Below, in pieces: positions 1-9,748 of a stretch of 64,000 nt of DNA. The DNA comes from a virus. The DNA lies in IMG/VR virus record IMGVR_UViG_3300005466_000026, positions 1 to 64,000 of that record; one strand, given 5' to 3'. A model generated the notes under the pieces. It was not told the origin of the DNA. It did not search any database and was given only the letters and a program-made list of their open reading frames with translations. The stretch's first letter is position 1, and every line of letters starts with the position of its first letter. The translations under genes and the position numbers were made by a program.

Positions 1-143
1 GCGTTGACGCCAGCCGCAGCCTTCGCCGCGCTGAAGGCGGATAAGCCGTACCATGCAAACGGCACTTGCATCCCAACGTCGCCGGGGCCGGCATAGCTCG
101 ACGGTATCAGCAATGGTCCCTGCGAGACGAACGTCAGCGGCAT
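1..143 (-). CDS. 5' part of a virion/tail-associated protein, truncated by the window edge; N-terminus paralogous to the next gene
   Basis: Hand translation from ATG at 143 gives MPLTFVSQGPLLIPSSYAGPGDVGMQVPFAWYG..., open to the edge; lies in the late operon. Confidence 0.6.
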   Translation of the reverse strand, partial: MPLTFVSQGPLLIPSSYAGPGDVGMQVPFAWYGLSAFSAAKAAAGVN

Positions 144-162
144 CTTACCTCCAGAGAATTCT

Positions 163-1050
163 TCATGGCATGTTCTTCCACCAAGCCTTGCAGTTCAAGT
201 AGATGTTGTTGAATGAGGCACTGCGATCACCGCTCGCCGACCAAATCTCTCCGATGTAACCCTCGAACGGCTGCGCGCCGATGATGTTGATATGATCGCC
301 GATCAAGAAGCTGTCAGCAGATGTCACCGAACCCATATCAAGGCCACCGGTGCTGTAGTCGATACCATTGATATTTATCTTTGAAGCAGTCCCGTTCATG
401 AGAACCTGGACGCAATGAAAATGGTTTATTGTAAAGACGCCGGTCGCAACGGTTAAATTGTTTCCACCGGCCTGCGCCGAGTACCAGAAAAAACTTCCAT
501 CCGATGTTATGGCAAAATAATTGTTGTTGTTTTGATTAACCACCATCATGCTTGCGGGCGGAAGATCAGTCGGAGCCCAGACAAATCCAAAAACGAGCGG
601 CGCGAATCCACCTCCGAAAAGTGGACCGGTAGAAGGTGCAATATTGCTCTCGAAGCCATGACGGAAAAATTGCAGCGCAGCCGGGGAGCCTCCCAGCGAA
701 GATGGATAAGTCAGTACCGGACGCTCGCGCGTTCCGCCCGAATTAAAAGTATCCATGTCGAGGAATGAACCGACCGTACTGTACCAGTGCAGCATCGTGG
801 CGTCGTCCGGTGCAGCAATTCCGAACGTCGCCGGATCGAGCGTCCCGTCTGCTCTAAAACTGGCATTGGCGAGATTGCTGCTGCCATCAACAAACTGCCC
901 AAACGCACCACCACCAGTAGCAATAGCTGTCGTCGCGGCGCGAACTCCCCAGTGATAGTCCAGCGGAATCTGATCCCCCACGAAGCCGGGGGGAGCTGCC
1001 GGCTCTGTAGGAATAAGTCTCGGCCCGCGTCCGGTGAACGTCAGCGGCAT
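163..1050 (-). CDS. Putative virion beta-sandwich (LamG/concanavalin A-like) protein, possible receptor-binding or decoration protein
   Basis: Likely start MPLTF at 1050, overlapping the upstream stop; C-terminal 'FLIGD...PFEGYIGEIW' resembles LamG-type folds; visibly AT-richer than its flanks. Confidence 0.5.
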   Translation of the reverse strand: MPLTFTGRGPRLIPTEPAAPPGFVGDQIPLDYHWGVRAATTAIATGGGAFGQFVDGSSNLANASFRADGTLDPATFGIAAPDDATMLHWYSTVGSFLDMDTFNSGGTRERPVLTYPSSLGGSPAALQFFRHGFESNIAPSTGPLFGGGFAPLVFGFVWAPTDLPPASMMVVNQNNNNYFAITSDGSFFWYSAQAGGNNLTVATGVFTINHFHCVQVLMNGTASKININGIDYSTGGLDMGSVTSADSFLIGDHINIIGAQPFEGYIGEIWSASGDRSASFNNIYLNCKAWWKNMP

Positions 1051-2135
1051 CGCTGCTCCCAGGCCTCGATCAAGTTCTCGAGACTGTCCTTCTTCCAGAC
1101 TATGCGCTGCGCCTCGTTGAACCACGGAAACTGCTGACCGACCTCGATGCCCATGCACTCGGGCCAGAACTCCGGCCAGCCTGGACGATAGCGCTGATGA
1201 TGGCCCTCGTCCACCTCGATGAATGCCATGAAGGGCGTGTCGAGATGATAGTTGATTGTCATCGGTCCGTTCGACACGAACAGATTACACTTCGCCTGCT
1301 GATACAGCGCCGTGCGAACGTGCAGATCAACAGCAGCGGCAGGATGAGTAGAGAAGTCGTCGAACTCGTCATTTGCGAACCTAGTGTCTCGAATGAATAT
1401 GACCTCCTCTCCTCTGTCCTCCAGATACTTTGCGAAAGCCATCCAGGTGGTCAGGTCGCTGTTCCTCCACGGAGAGTGCGTCGCCTCTCGCAGCGTGATG
1501 GTCACCGGCTGCTTCAGTCCACGCAGGTCATCTTCGATAGCGAGTGTCGCGGCCAGCATCGGAGTAAACTTCGGTATCTTCTCGCCCCTCAGGACGGCGT
1601 CTACCACGTCCTTGTAGAAGACCGAGAACGTGTACTCTCCTCCGAACACCTTGTTCGCCTCGGCGCCCACCATGCTGACCATAGGACGAGCCACGTTCTG
1701 CAGCATCTCGTAGTGATAAGCTGGAAGAGTCGTCGCGTTAGCGTGACGAAAGAACGCTATCTTGAGAGGCTCCTCTATCGCCATTCTCACGCGACGCATC
1801 TCCGCGTTGATCAGCCACGGCAAGAAGTCGTAGCCGAGTATGCCAGACGACACGTTGTAGCAGACCTGATTAGCTGGAATGTTCGGATCGAACGGCGGTA
1901 GTCTGCTCGTTATCTCGTCGTCGATCCGCTTCTTGAGACCGTCTATCGCGCTGTGAATCGCGGACTGCATGATGATAGAGCCGCAGACGTCCGCGTAGAT
2001 TATGTTGGGAGCCTCGCAGGCAGCGAGGGCGAGATGCGTTATCCCGCCCTCCTTTGCCTTCGCCAACCACAGCTCCAGAAGGGCGACGCACTCTGCGTTG
2101 CCCCACTCCTCTTTCTTTGTGGCTTTTACGTCCAT
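1041..2135 (-). CDS. Putative GT-B glycosyltransferase (GT9/heptosyltransferase-like C-terminal half)
   Basis: 'VTITLRE...RNSD...W...VIFIRD' and 'ALYQQAKCNLFVSNGP...LDTP' match the GT9-like C-terminal Rossmann pattern. Confidence 0.55.
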   Translation of the reverse strand: MDVKATKKEEWGNAECVALLELWLAKAKEGGITHLALAACEAPNIIYADVCGSIIMQSAIHSAIDGLKKRIDDEITSRLPPFDPNIPANQVCYNVSSGILGYDFLPWLINAEMRRVRMAIEEPLKIAFFRHANATTLPAYHYEMLQNVARPMVSMVGAEANKVFGGEYTFSVFYKDVVDAVLRGEKIPKFTPMLAATLAIEDDLRGLKQPVTITLREATHSPWRNSDLTTWMAFAKYLEDRGEEVIFIRDTRFANDEFDDFSTHPAAAVDLHVRTALYQQAKCNLFVSNGPMTINYHLDTPFMAFIEVDEGHHQRYRPGWPEFWPECMGIEVGQQFPWFNEAQRIVWKKDSLENLIEAWEQRCR

Positions 2136-2148
2136 AGTTGCACCCGAC

Positions 2149-2664
2149 TCAGTAGGGCTCGTAGATCATGTGACCGTCGCCAGCGCACGACACGCCGCCG
2201 TGTGACGACGAGTTGAACACGACCGTCTCGCCTCCAGGTGTGGTGTTGCCGATGATCTGCCACTGCTGCGTCGGAGCCGCGTTCCAGCGAACGATGCCGC
2301 CGAAGCCGTTGAGGCCGAGTTGCAGTGTCGCGTCTGTCACCGCAGACGACGAGACGGGAAGACCCGACGCCGTGACGAACGGAACGGCGAGTGTGCCGAG
2401 CGCGGTCGTGTTGGGGAACAGCGCACCGTCTGAGTTGAAGGTGGTGAGTGTAGACGGTGTCGTCGCGATCGTAGAAGTGCGCTTCGCGACAAGACCGATG
2501 ACGGTGGAGGTACCCACCTTGCCGGAGAAGAAGATCTCCAGCACGTCGATGAGCTGAGTGGCACCGCCACCTCTCAGACCCATGAAGCCTAGCGTAGTGA
2601 CAGCCGCGCCTGACGCAGTAGCGGTATATGTCAGGCCGCCAGTAGTAAAGATCCTCTTAGCCAT
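2149..2664 (-). CDS. Hypothetical virion structural protein (Thr/Gly/Ser-rich)
   Basis: 171-aa ORF within the head-tail operon, beta-strand-like composition. Confidence 0.5.
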   Translation of the reverse strand: MAKRIFTTGGLTYTATASGAAVTTLGFMGLRGGGATQLIDVLEIFFSGKVGTSTVIGLVAKRTSTIATTPSTLTTFNSDGALFPNTTALGTLAVPFVTASGLPVSSSAVTDATLQLGLNGFGGIVRWNAAPTQQWQIIGNTTPGGETVVFNSSSHGGVSCAGDGHMIYEPY

Positions 2665-3076
2665 CTGTAGTTTCCTTTCGTTTCAAAATGGGGAGTGACA
2701 TGGTCCCCCCGCCGAACTCGTATCTGCCGCTTCTGATCATGTCAATCAGTTCCTGACGGGACCGGTGAACGTAAGTCGGGTCCTGCGCAGCTATCAAGCA
2801 CGCATCACACACGAAACCGTTGCACTTAGTACAGCGGCCTATCATGTCCGTACCCTTTCGCTTGATAAAAACGGACGGACAGTGACAACAGGCGATAGTG
2901 TCAGCCTCGAAGACCTTGCCCTCGCGAACGAGAGCAGGATCGTAGCCAAATTTCTGCGCCACGTCTGCTGGAAGACCAGGACTGGCGCGATGGTCAACGT
3001 GGAGATATCCCATCTGCTTGGTAACAGACGGAATGTCGAAGTCAGTGGAGTTCAGTGCAGGCTTAGGTTTCTTCAT
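2657..3076 (-). CDS. Hypothetical Cys-rich (Zn-binding) protein
   Basis: CCHC, CxxC and CxxC motifs; coupled to its neighbours. Confidence 0.5.
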   Translation of the reverse strand: MKKPKPALNSTDFDIPSVTKQMGYLHVDHRASPGLPADVAQKFGYDPALVREGKVFEADTIACCHCPSVFIKRKGTDMIGRCTKCNGFVCDACLIAAQDPTYVHRSRQELIDMIRSGRYEFGGGTMSLPILKRKETTDG

Positions 3077-3091
3077 GGCTTCCTCACTTTC

Positions 3092-3736
3092 TCAAGACAT
3101 TCCTAGTAGAACTCTGTGACGCCGAAGAATGTTCTCGACGCCGTATGGCAGTGCGCTGGATATCGTCCCGGCGACCTGCGACTCTCTGTACTCGTATAGA
3201 TCGGCCAGTATCAACTTGACTGCGGCCTTGATGTCCTCCGGAACAGCGTTCGTCGGGGGTGAGTCTGGGAACAGATAACCAGCGCGAAATCGCACGCGAA
3301 CTGAGTTGATCGCGACTATCGTAGCTGGCCAGCTAGTGATGCCCGCAGGAACGACCCATCCCGGCTCGCTCGCGTCGTCCACGAAGTAGTCCGCTGGATC
3401 CATTATCTGCTCGTCGCCGTTCGCGTCGTCGTAGGCGATCTGCGTGATGCCGATGAGAGGAGGCTTGGGTATCTGGATGGCCAGCGCAGACTGCGAGTTG
3501 AAGCAGCGAGTCTGAACGAAGCACGAGCTGTTAGATCCAGGAAACTCGTCCAGCACCAGATCCCACGTCTGGTCTATGAGTGCTCTGCCAGTCCATCCCT
3601 CTACCTTGCCTATGGCCGCGTCTATGAGAGCGTTGATGATGTCGTCGTCGTCGGTGTGCGTGACCCGCAGATGCTTCTTCGCCTCTGTGAGAGTCACTGC
3701 CTTGACGGCAGGCTGAGATATGAGCTTCAGTCCCAT
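3092..3736 (-). CDS. Head-tail connector protein (HK97 gp6 / phiE125 gp8-like)
   Basis: 'VTLTEAKKHLRV...DDD...ALIDAA...TGRAL' and 'VPEDIKAAVKLILADLYEYRE'; start MGLKL at 3736. Confidence 0.85.
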   Translation of the reverse strand: MGLKLISQPAVKAVTLTEAKKHLRVTHTDDDDIINALIDAAIGKVEGWTGRALIDQTWDLVLDEFPGSNSSCFVQTRCFNSQSALAIQIPKPPLIGITQIAYDDANGDEQIMDPADYFVDDASEPGWVVPAGITSWPATIVAINSVRVRFRAGYLFPDSPPTNAVPEDIKAAVKLILADLYEYRESQVAGTISSALPYGVENILRRHRVLLGMS

Positions 3737-3741
3737 CTCTC

Positions 3742-5298
3742 TTACCCCTTGTCCCTGCCGTCTCTGCCGCGCTTCGTAGCGAGCTGCCATCCGCTGTCAG
3801 CTGTCCCAGGCTGCGCGTCCGTGTCCCTGAAGGCGTGCCACACGTTTCCGTCGCGCGTCACGCAGTCGCCGTTCTTGTACGTCTGTCCAGACTTCCACAC
3901 GCCCTGATAGAGCATGACTGGATAACTGATGGTGAACTCCTTCTTGTTCTCTCCCCTGAAGAAGCGAAGGATCAGATCCCTGGATCCCTCCACCGTGACG
4001 ACCTCCAGATCGTCGAACCCGACGCCGTCGAGACCGTCCCTTCCGTCTTTTCCGTCCTTAGGAATGGGTATCTCTGCGACAGCCGCAGCGACAAGAGCCT
4101 TGATCGCGTCCTTGTCAAGCCCGTCTCGACCCACCACGACACCCGCCTTAGAAATTCGACCGTCGTTAAAGATGCAATTAAGAACACCGTCGCGATCAAT
4201 ACTAAAAGACACGACGTGAGGAGTAGGAGGCAGCTCACTGACCACATCACGAACGGCAGCGTCAACGATGCTGCGAACCTGATCCAGAGAAACGCTCTCG
4301 CCAGGAGCTCCATCAGTGCCATCGCGGCCATTCTGTCCGTCCTTCCCGGGTTCTCCGTCCTTGCCATCCTTCGGCTTGGGCAGCTCGTCGACGTACTTTC
4401 TCAGTCCTAGAGCCTCTGCAGTCACGTAGCTCTCGACCGCGTATAGAATCTGCTCTGTGACCTTCTCCATGTCGACTACGCCGTCCTTGCCATCTGCGCC
4501 GTCTCGGCCGTCGGCGCCGTTCAGCACCGGGAACCTCTCGAAGTACGCAAGAACAGCACCACGAGCCAGCGTCTCCAGCTCCTCCTTGGTCGGCGTCGCG
4601 CCGTCCTTTCCGTCAATACCGTCTCGGCCCGGGATGCCCGGCTCACCCTTCTCGCCCGCGGGAGCAGGGTTCATCGAGAGATACTCTGTGGTCGCTATGG
4701 TCAGTATCTCCTTCAGCTTGTCGTAGTCTACGTCCCTGCCGTTCTCGCCGTCTCTGCCGTCCTTCGGAGCAGGTATCATGGAGACGACCTTCGCGACTAT
4801 CCCGTGCTCGTCCAGCGCCTTCACTACGTCGTCGACACTCGGAGGCTGGAACCGTTGAACCAGAATCTCGACCGCGTTATAGACTGCGTCCATGTCGCAG
4901 TGCCTGCCGTCCTTGCCGTCGACGCCGTCTCGGCCGTCCTTGCCGTCCGTGCCGTCCCTGCCCTTGAGCTCGACCATCCTGCCGTTGATGATCGCCTGAA
5001 CCTGATCGCCGCCGTAGCCGTAGAACGTGACGCCGTCACCGAAGTCCTCGATGTCGCGCCAAGTGATCTTGACAGGCTCGCTCGGCTGCTGCGCCGTCGC
5101 CGCGCTTATCGCGCCCTCTATCATGATCTGCGCGTCGTCCTCGTCGATGAGAGGACGCATCTCGAGAGCGCGAAGCTGACTCTCCAGCGCGTTAATCTTC
5201 GTCAGGAGAGGAGCCGTCGCGAGCTTAACCTGCTCGAACACGAAGGCGCCGACAGCCCTGAAGAACTCCGCCTGCTCGTTAGGCTGCATCTGAGACAC
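3742..5298 (-). CDS. Collagen-like repeat protein with C-terminal carbohydrate-binding-like module (head/neck fibre)
   Basis: Several G-X-Y blocks (GRDGTDGKDGRDGVDGKDG); C-terminal 'YQGVWKSGQTYKNGDCVTRDGNVWHA'. Confidence 0.7.
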   Translation of the reverse strand: MSQMQPNEQAEFFRAVGAFVFEQVKLATAPLLTKINALESQLRALEMRPLIDEDDAQIMIEGAISAATAQQPSEPVKITWRDIEDFGDGVTFYGYGGDQVQAIINGRMVELKGRDGTDGKDGRDGVDGKDGRHCDMDAVYNAVEILVQRFQPPSVDDVVKALDEHGIVAKVVSMIPAPKDGRDGENGRDVDYDKLKEILTIATTEYLSMNPAPAGEKGEPGIPGRDGIDGKDGATPTKEELETLARGAVLAYFERFPVLNGADGRDGADGKDGVVDMEKVTEQILYAVESYVTAEALGLRKYVDELPKPKDGKDGEPGKDGQNGRDGTDGAPGESVSLDQVRSIVDAAVRDVVSELPPTPHVVSFSIDRDGVLNCIFNDGRISKAGVVVGRDGLDKDAIKALVAAAVAEIPIPKDGKDGRDGLDGVGFDDLEVVTVEGSRDLILRFFRGENKKEFTISYPVMLYQGVWKSGQTYKNGDCVTRDGNVWHAFRDTDAQPGTADSGWQLATKRGRDGRDKG

Positions 5299-6697
5299 CT
5301 TTCCGCATACCTTCCATCGCCGACTCGAAGGTCACCGGAGGTGGAGGCAACAATTTTTGAGGTGGAGGTGCCTCAACTTGCGCAGGAGGCTTGGCGGTCC
5401 CTGGAGCAGTAGGTGGCTTCGCGGCGAAAGGATCTTCCTTGCTGTCGCGCTTGTCCAGCGCGGCGAGGCTGAAGTTCTGCTGCTGCAGATACGGCGTCTG
5501 GCCGCCCTTGACAGGCTTCAGATTCATCTTGCGTCGCGCCTCGTTGGGCGCGAGGATGCCTCTGTTGACACCTTCTCCGTACGTCTTGAACTGCGTGGCG
5601 GTGTCCATTCGCAGCAGGTCGTCGAGATCGAACTCGGTGCCGGAGTCCTGGTTCGCCGTCACCAGTCCCAGGCCGTTGTCGAGAACAGACTCTACACCCT
5701 CGATCAGCGCCTGCAGACACTGCGAGTAGTACATCTGATAGAGAGCCTCCACGTTGCTGTAGCTCGGGGTCGGCCCGACACCGACCATGAAGCCCGGAAC
5801 GTGAAACGCGGAGCAGACCTGCTCGCTCGACATCTTGAGCTGATCGATGAGCTGCGCGTCCACCGCGCTGATGGTCATCTTCTCATACTTCAGTCCGTCG
5901 CCGAGAACCGCGACCTTTCCAGCGTTCGCGCCGGTGTAGTTGTTGTCCCAGTGATCCTTCAGTCTCTTCGCAGTGTCCGGATCGATGAGACCCGGTGCCG
6001 TGAGAATTCCACCGGGCCGACTTCCGTTCTGGAAGAACCGCGTCGAGTTCTCCTGAATGCGAAGACCCTGCACGGCGGCCAATCCACACGCGGTGATGGG
6101 ACTGACGCCGCACAGCGGATGATACAGAGGAACATGAACGTCGTGGAAGATCTCGGACGCCGGAACCACGACCTGATCCTTGTCGACGCCCGCGAGATTG
6201 CTGGTCGAGAGCTGATAATAGACTTCTCCGTCCGACGTTATCAGCACCTTCGTCAGCATGGGATCCAGCACGTAGCCCGCGACCACCACGTCGCGATTGT
6301 CTCGCTCCTTGAGAACGTAGGTATTGCCGTGAATCATCTTCGAGGAGATCCACGACTCCACGAACTTCTGCCGCGTCTGATATCTGTTCGGCTTGCGAAG
6401 AAAGGGACTGAACGAGGAGTTCTCAGCCGGAGCCCAGACTCCGTCCCTGTCCCTCTCGACGTACCGAAGCTGCAGCTTGCCGATGTCGCTGGCGATCAGC
6501 GTGATGCAGGAGTAGACCGTGCTAAACGTCAGCACGTTCTCGAGACGAACCTCTATGTTCCGCTGCCACGCTCCCGTGAACGGCTCCATGATCGTCCCGA
6601 ACGACCAAGCTCCCCATCGGCTGGGAGACTGGACGTACGAGAGGCCGGGGGGAGGAGCGGCCTTTCGGACCGAGAGATCGTACCCGAGTATCCTCAT
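5279..6697 (-). CDS. Phage portal protein, HK97 family
   Basis: 'VYSCITLIASDIGKL', 'PNRYQT', 'HGNTY', 'FFQNGSRPGGIL', 'PNEARRKMNLKPVKGG'. Confidence 0.95.
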   Translation of the reverse strand: MRILGYDLSVRKAAPPPGLSYVQSPSRWGAWSFGTIMEPFTGAWQRNIEVRLENVLTFSTVYSCITLIASDIGKLQLRYVERDRDGVWAPAENSSFSPFLRKPNRYQTRQKFVESWISSKMIHGNTYVLKERDNRDVVVAGYVLDPMLTKVLITSDGEVYYQLSTSNLAGVDKDQVVVPASEIFHDVHVPLYHPLCGVSPITACGLAAVQGLRIQENSTRFFQNGSRPGGILTAPGLIDPDTAKRLKDHWDNNYTGANAGKVAVLGDGLKYEKMTISAVDAQLIDQLKMSSEQVCSAFHVPGFMVGVGPTPSYSNVEALYQMYYSQCLQALIEGVESVLDNGLGLVTANQDSGTEFDLDDLLRMDTATQFKTYGEGVNRGILAPNEARRKMNLKPVKGGQTPYLQQQNFSLAALDKRDSKEDPFAAKPPTAPGTAKPPAQVEAPPPQKLLPPPPVTFESAMEGMRKGVSDAA

Positions 6698-7011
6698 TCG
6701 TCTGTCGCCTTCATGTCGCGGCGCATGTACTCGCGACGTCTGCGTCTGGGAGCACCCTCAGCCTGCTCGGCTGGCTGCTCCTCGGACTTCGGCTCCTCGG
6801 CCGACATGCTTCTAGTCTCTAGACTGGGAGCTGGTGATGGAGTTGGCTCTTGGGCGGGAGTCGCCCTCGGTGCTGGCTGGGACCGCACCTCCTCGGCCTT
6901 TCCCAGGCCGACGAGAAGATTGGCGTGACTGTCGTCCGCCTCGAACTCTTCTCCTGGATGGCGAGTGCGACTGGCGTAGTAGACTTCTTGCTTGGCCTTC
7001 AGCTTCTTCAT
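6694..7011 (-). CDS. Small head-associated hypothetical protein
   Basis: Between capsid and portal; 'PGEEFEADDSHANLLVGLGKAE' then a low-complexity tail. Confidence 0.6.
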   Translation of the reverse strand: MKKLKAKQEVYYASRTRHPGEEFEADDSHANLLVGLGKAEEVRSQPAPRATPAQEPTPSPAPSLETRSMSAEEPKSEEQPAEQAEGAPRRRRREYMRRDMKATDE

Positions 7012-7142
7012 GATCCTAGACCTCGTGGCTCGGTTGAAGCGTGAAGAGACGGACTGAGTGACTGAGCCACGCAGCCACCAGTCCGTCCCTCACTCAAAGT
7101 AGAGCCCCGCGAGGGTTAGCTTACGGAGCTCAGCTAGAGCTC

Positions 7143-9203
7143 CTATTCTGCGTACTTCGTGTTCTGGATGAACGCGACAGCCGTCGACCGACGCTTGCCC
7201 CAGTTAATCCAGCGCTCGGCGCGAACGCCGGTCATGTTCATCTGCCAGAGGCTGACCATGTTCGTAGACGCGGTCGGCGGAGAGTCAGGCGCCGAGTCCA
7301 TCTGGACGGAGGCCTGATTGCTCGCGTCGATCACGACCTGACCGTCGTCGGCCAGCATGATCTCGTTCGCCTTGAGGAAGATGATGAGACCGCCGTCTGC
7401 GGGCGATCCGCCGGTAGCCATGCCGAGGTTCTCCGAGGTGATCACCGGATAACCGAGCAGCGATCCGCCGTCGGAGGTGATGTTCGGGAACACGGACTGA
7501 CCGAGAGCGTTCTGCATGATCGACAGAGACAGAGCCTGCGTCTGCGTCATGAGGAACACGCCACCGGCTGTCGAGAGGTTGTTCTGGAAGTAGTTCGCGA
7601 ACAACGTCTTGATGTCTGCGCGAAACGCAGACGCGGTGGTGCCGGACGGCGTGACTGGCGTGACGCCGTTCGTGATCGAGGCCGGCGACACGTTGGTGAC
7701 TGCCGCCACCGCAGGGTCGACGAACTGACGATCGAGGAACTGCGCCATCGCGTCGACGAGGTCTGCGCGTACGACTTCCTCGGCCGCAGGGTTCGAGAAG
7801 CGAACGAGCTCGTCCGTGAGGACGACGATGCCCGCTGCCTTCGCCCAGCGAAGAGTGACCGTACCGAAGGTCATCTGGCTTACCGGCTTCGGTGCGTTCT
7901 CGCCGACCCAGTTGACCGTCGTGCCGCTCAGGGCGGACGGCATCTGGATGTTGAAGGGAACGCGACGAAGGCCGGGAATCCGACCGAGGATGGTCGCCGG
8001 ACGGAGCAGACCGATGAACTCCGACGCCATGATGTTGTACGCGACGAGCGGAGCTGCCCATGTCGCGTCTGTCGTGGTGCCAGCGCCGATGGCCGCCTTC
8101 TGCGCCATGAGAGGATCGTTGCGGAGAGTACCCGCAACGTCCATCTCGATGGAGTTGAAGATCTCGGGCATCTGGTCCTTGAACTGCTTCGCCATGTTGA
8201 GCGCCTTGGCGGTGTCGCCCTTGGACGCCGCGAGACACATGACGTAGCGAATGAACGCCGTACCCTTCGGCACGTTGGCGTTCGGACCAACCACGCGAGC
8301 GCGAACCGGCTCGATCGTGGTGCGCTGCTCGCGCGTCTCGACCGTTCGGTTGTTGTTCTGCGCGGGCTCGACGCGCTGAGCGTCTGCGAGCTGCTGCTTC
8401 TCGAGGCTGTTCAGCCGGATCAGATGCTTGTCGATCTGAGCAACCTCCTGCTCGAGAGTGTCGTACTCCTCGGACTCAGCCTGATTGAGGGTCGTGCCCG
8501 CCTCAGCCGCTGCATCCATGATGGCCTTCATCCGGGCAGCTTTCGCGGCGCGAGTTGCCTCGAACCCGGTGATCTGTTCTCTGATAGTCTTCACCCTAGT
8601 CTCCTGTGAGGCGATCATCTCGACAACCGAGACGGTCTTCGCCGTGGTTCCCGTAGCGCCGGGACGTTGGGGTCTCAGCGACTTCGGATCAGCGTTCTGG
8701 CCTATCGCGGCCTGCTGCGCTCCGACGTCAAGAGACTTGATCATCTGGATCGTGGCCTCGGCGTTAGCCGGGATCGTCACCAGACTGAGCTCGTAGACTT
8801 CTGTCTTCTCGAACCGAATGCCGTCGCTCTCCTTCATGAAGGCGTACTCGAGAGCACGGAAGCCGATGGACACAGACGCGACCAGACCCGTCTTCACGGA
8901 GTCCCACGCCTCCATCAGTCGGTCCTTGAGGCCCGGCGACTGAACCTTCTCGGGGTCCACCAGCTGAGCCTCGAAGTCGATGCCGTCCTCTGTCGGCCTG
9001 TCGAACTTGACCATGCCGACTGGCTTGTCGTGCTTGTGCTGCCAGAGCAGCGGCATCGGGTTCTTGAACTTGACACCGAGAGGCTCCACTATGTCGCCGA
9101 CCCTGTCTGTGGTCGGAGTCGTGGCGGTGCCGCGGATGATCCGCTTCTCCTCGTCGATCGACTTGATGACGAGAACGCTGTATGCTCTGTTCTGAGTTGT
9201 CAT
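7143..9203 (-). CDS. Fused HK97 prohead protease and major capsid protein
   Basis: N-terminal protease motifs ('LLWQH', 'SIGF', 'ELSLVTIPANAEA'), coiled-coil delta domain, capsid motifs ('WVGE...KP', 'LLGYPV', 'RAERW'). Confidence 0.95.
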   Translation of the reverse strand: MTTQNRAYSVLVIKSIDEEKRIIRGTATTPTTDRVGDIVEPLGVKFKNPMPLLWQHKHDKPVGMVKFDRPTEDGIDFEAQLVDPEKVQSPGLKDRLMEAWDSVKTGLVASVSIGFRALEYAFMKESDGIRFEKTEVYELSLVTIPANAEATIQMIKSLDVGAQQAAIGQNADPKSLRPQRPGATGTTAKTVSVVEMIASQETRVKTIREQITGFEATRAAKAARMKAIMDAAAEAGTTLNQAESEEYDTLEQEVAQIDKHLIRLNSLEKQQLADAQRVEPAQNNNRTVETREQRTTIEPVRARVVGPNANVPKGTAFIRYVMCLAASKGDTAKALNMAKQFKDQMPEIFNSIEMDVAGTLRNDPLMAQKAAIGAGTTTDATWAAPLVAYNIMASEFIGLLRPATILGRIPGLRRVPFNIQMPSALSGTTVNWVGENAPKPVSQMTFGTVTLRWAKAAGIVVLTDELVRFSNPAAEEVVRADLVDAMAQFLDRQFVDPAVAAVTNVSPASITNGVTPVTPSGTTASAFRADIKTLFANYFQNNLSTAGGVFLMTQTQALSLSIMQNALGQSVFPNITSDGGSLLGYPVITSENLGMATGGSPADGGLIIFLKANEIMLADDGQVVIDASNQASVQMDSAPDSPPTASTNMVSLWQMNMTGVRAERWINWGKRRSTAVAFIQNTKYAE

Positions 9204-9212
9204 TCTCTCCTC

Positions 9213-9461
9213 TCATCCGGCGGTCATTCGACCACCACGATCGTCCGCGCAGAACGAGTCCCCGCACAGAAGATATTCCTTCTGAGGCGGCTCGGGAACA
9301 GGTGTCGGCGCGGGCGTCGGCTTCGGCGTCGGTGCTGGAGTGGGCATCGGCGGCGGAGTCGGCGTCGGCGCTGGAGTGGGACTAGACGCGCAGCCCGAGA
9401 GGGTCAGCGCGAGAGCCAGCGTGACGGAGCTGACTCTCGCGTGCGGACGACTGGTTGTCAC
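9213..9461 (-). CDS. Small Pro/Thr-rich lipoprotein
   Basis: Signal peptide with lipobox LSG/C followed by PT/PA repeats. Confidence 0.55.
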   Translation of the reverse strand: MTTSRPHARVSSVTLALALTLSGCASSPTPAPTPTPPPMPTPAPTPKPTPAPTPVPEPPQKEYLLCGDSFCADDRGGRMTAG

Positions 9462-9552
9462 CAGTAGTGCCCGACCAACTCCCTCGTACGGGAGTTCCTA
9501 CGTCGTCGGCGTCGCGGCGACCGCGGTGCCGAGACGAGATAGATGTCTACTC

Positions 9553-9717
9553 TCACTGCAGCGGCCTCCCGAACAGCTTCCATCCGATTATCAGGAACAG
9601 AAGAAACTGTATGATCGTCGCTCCGGTGACGAAGATGGCTGCGTGAGGCCACAGATAGATGAGGCCGAGAACGAGCCACAGCAGCATGAGGATCCAGTAG
9701 GCGATTGCCATAGGCAT
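9553..9717 (-). CDS. 54-aa two-TM membrane protein (not in ORF track)
   Basis: Hand translation MPMAIAYWILMLLWLVLGLIYLWPHAAIFVTGATIIQFLLFLIIGWKLFGRPLQ; AGGAG upstream. Confidence 0.6.
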   Translation of the reverse strand: MPMAIAYWILMLLWLVLGLIYLWPHAAIFVTGATIIQFLLFLIIGWKLFGRPLQ

Positions 9718-9748
9718 AGTAAGATCTCCTTCTTCAGCCCCCGAATTG

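Noticed and set aside
7045-7143. Hairpins downstream of the capsid gene as a novel ncRNA
   Set aside because: GACGGACTG/CAGTCCGTC and GGAGCTC/GAGCTCC stems are adequately explained as a post-capsid attenuator or mRNA stabiliser
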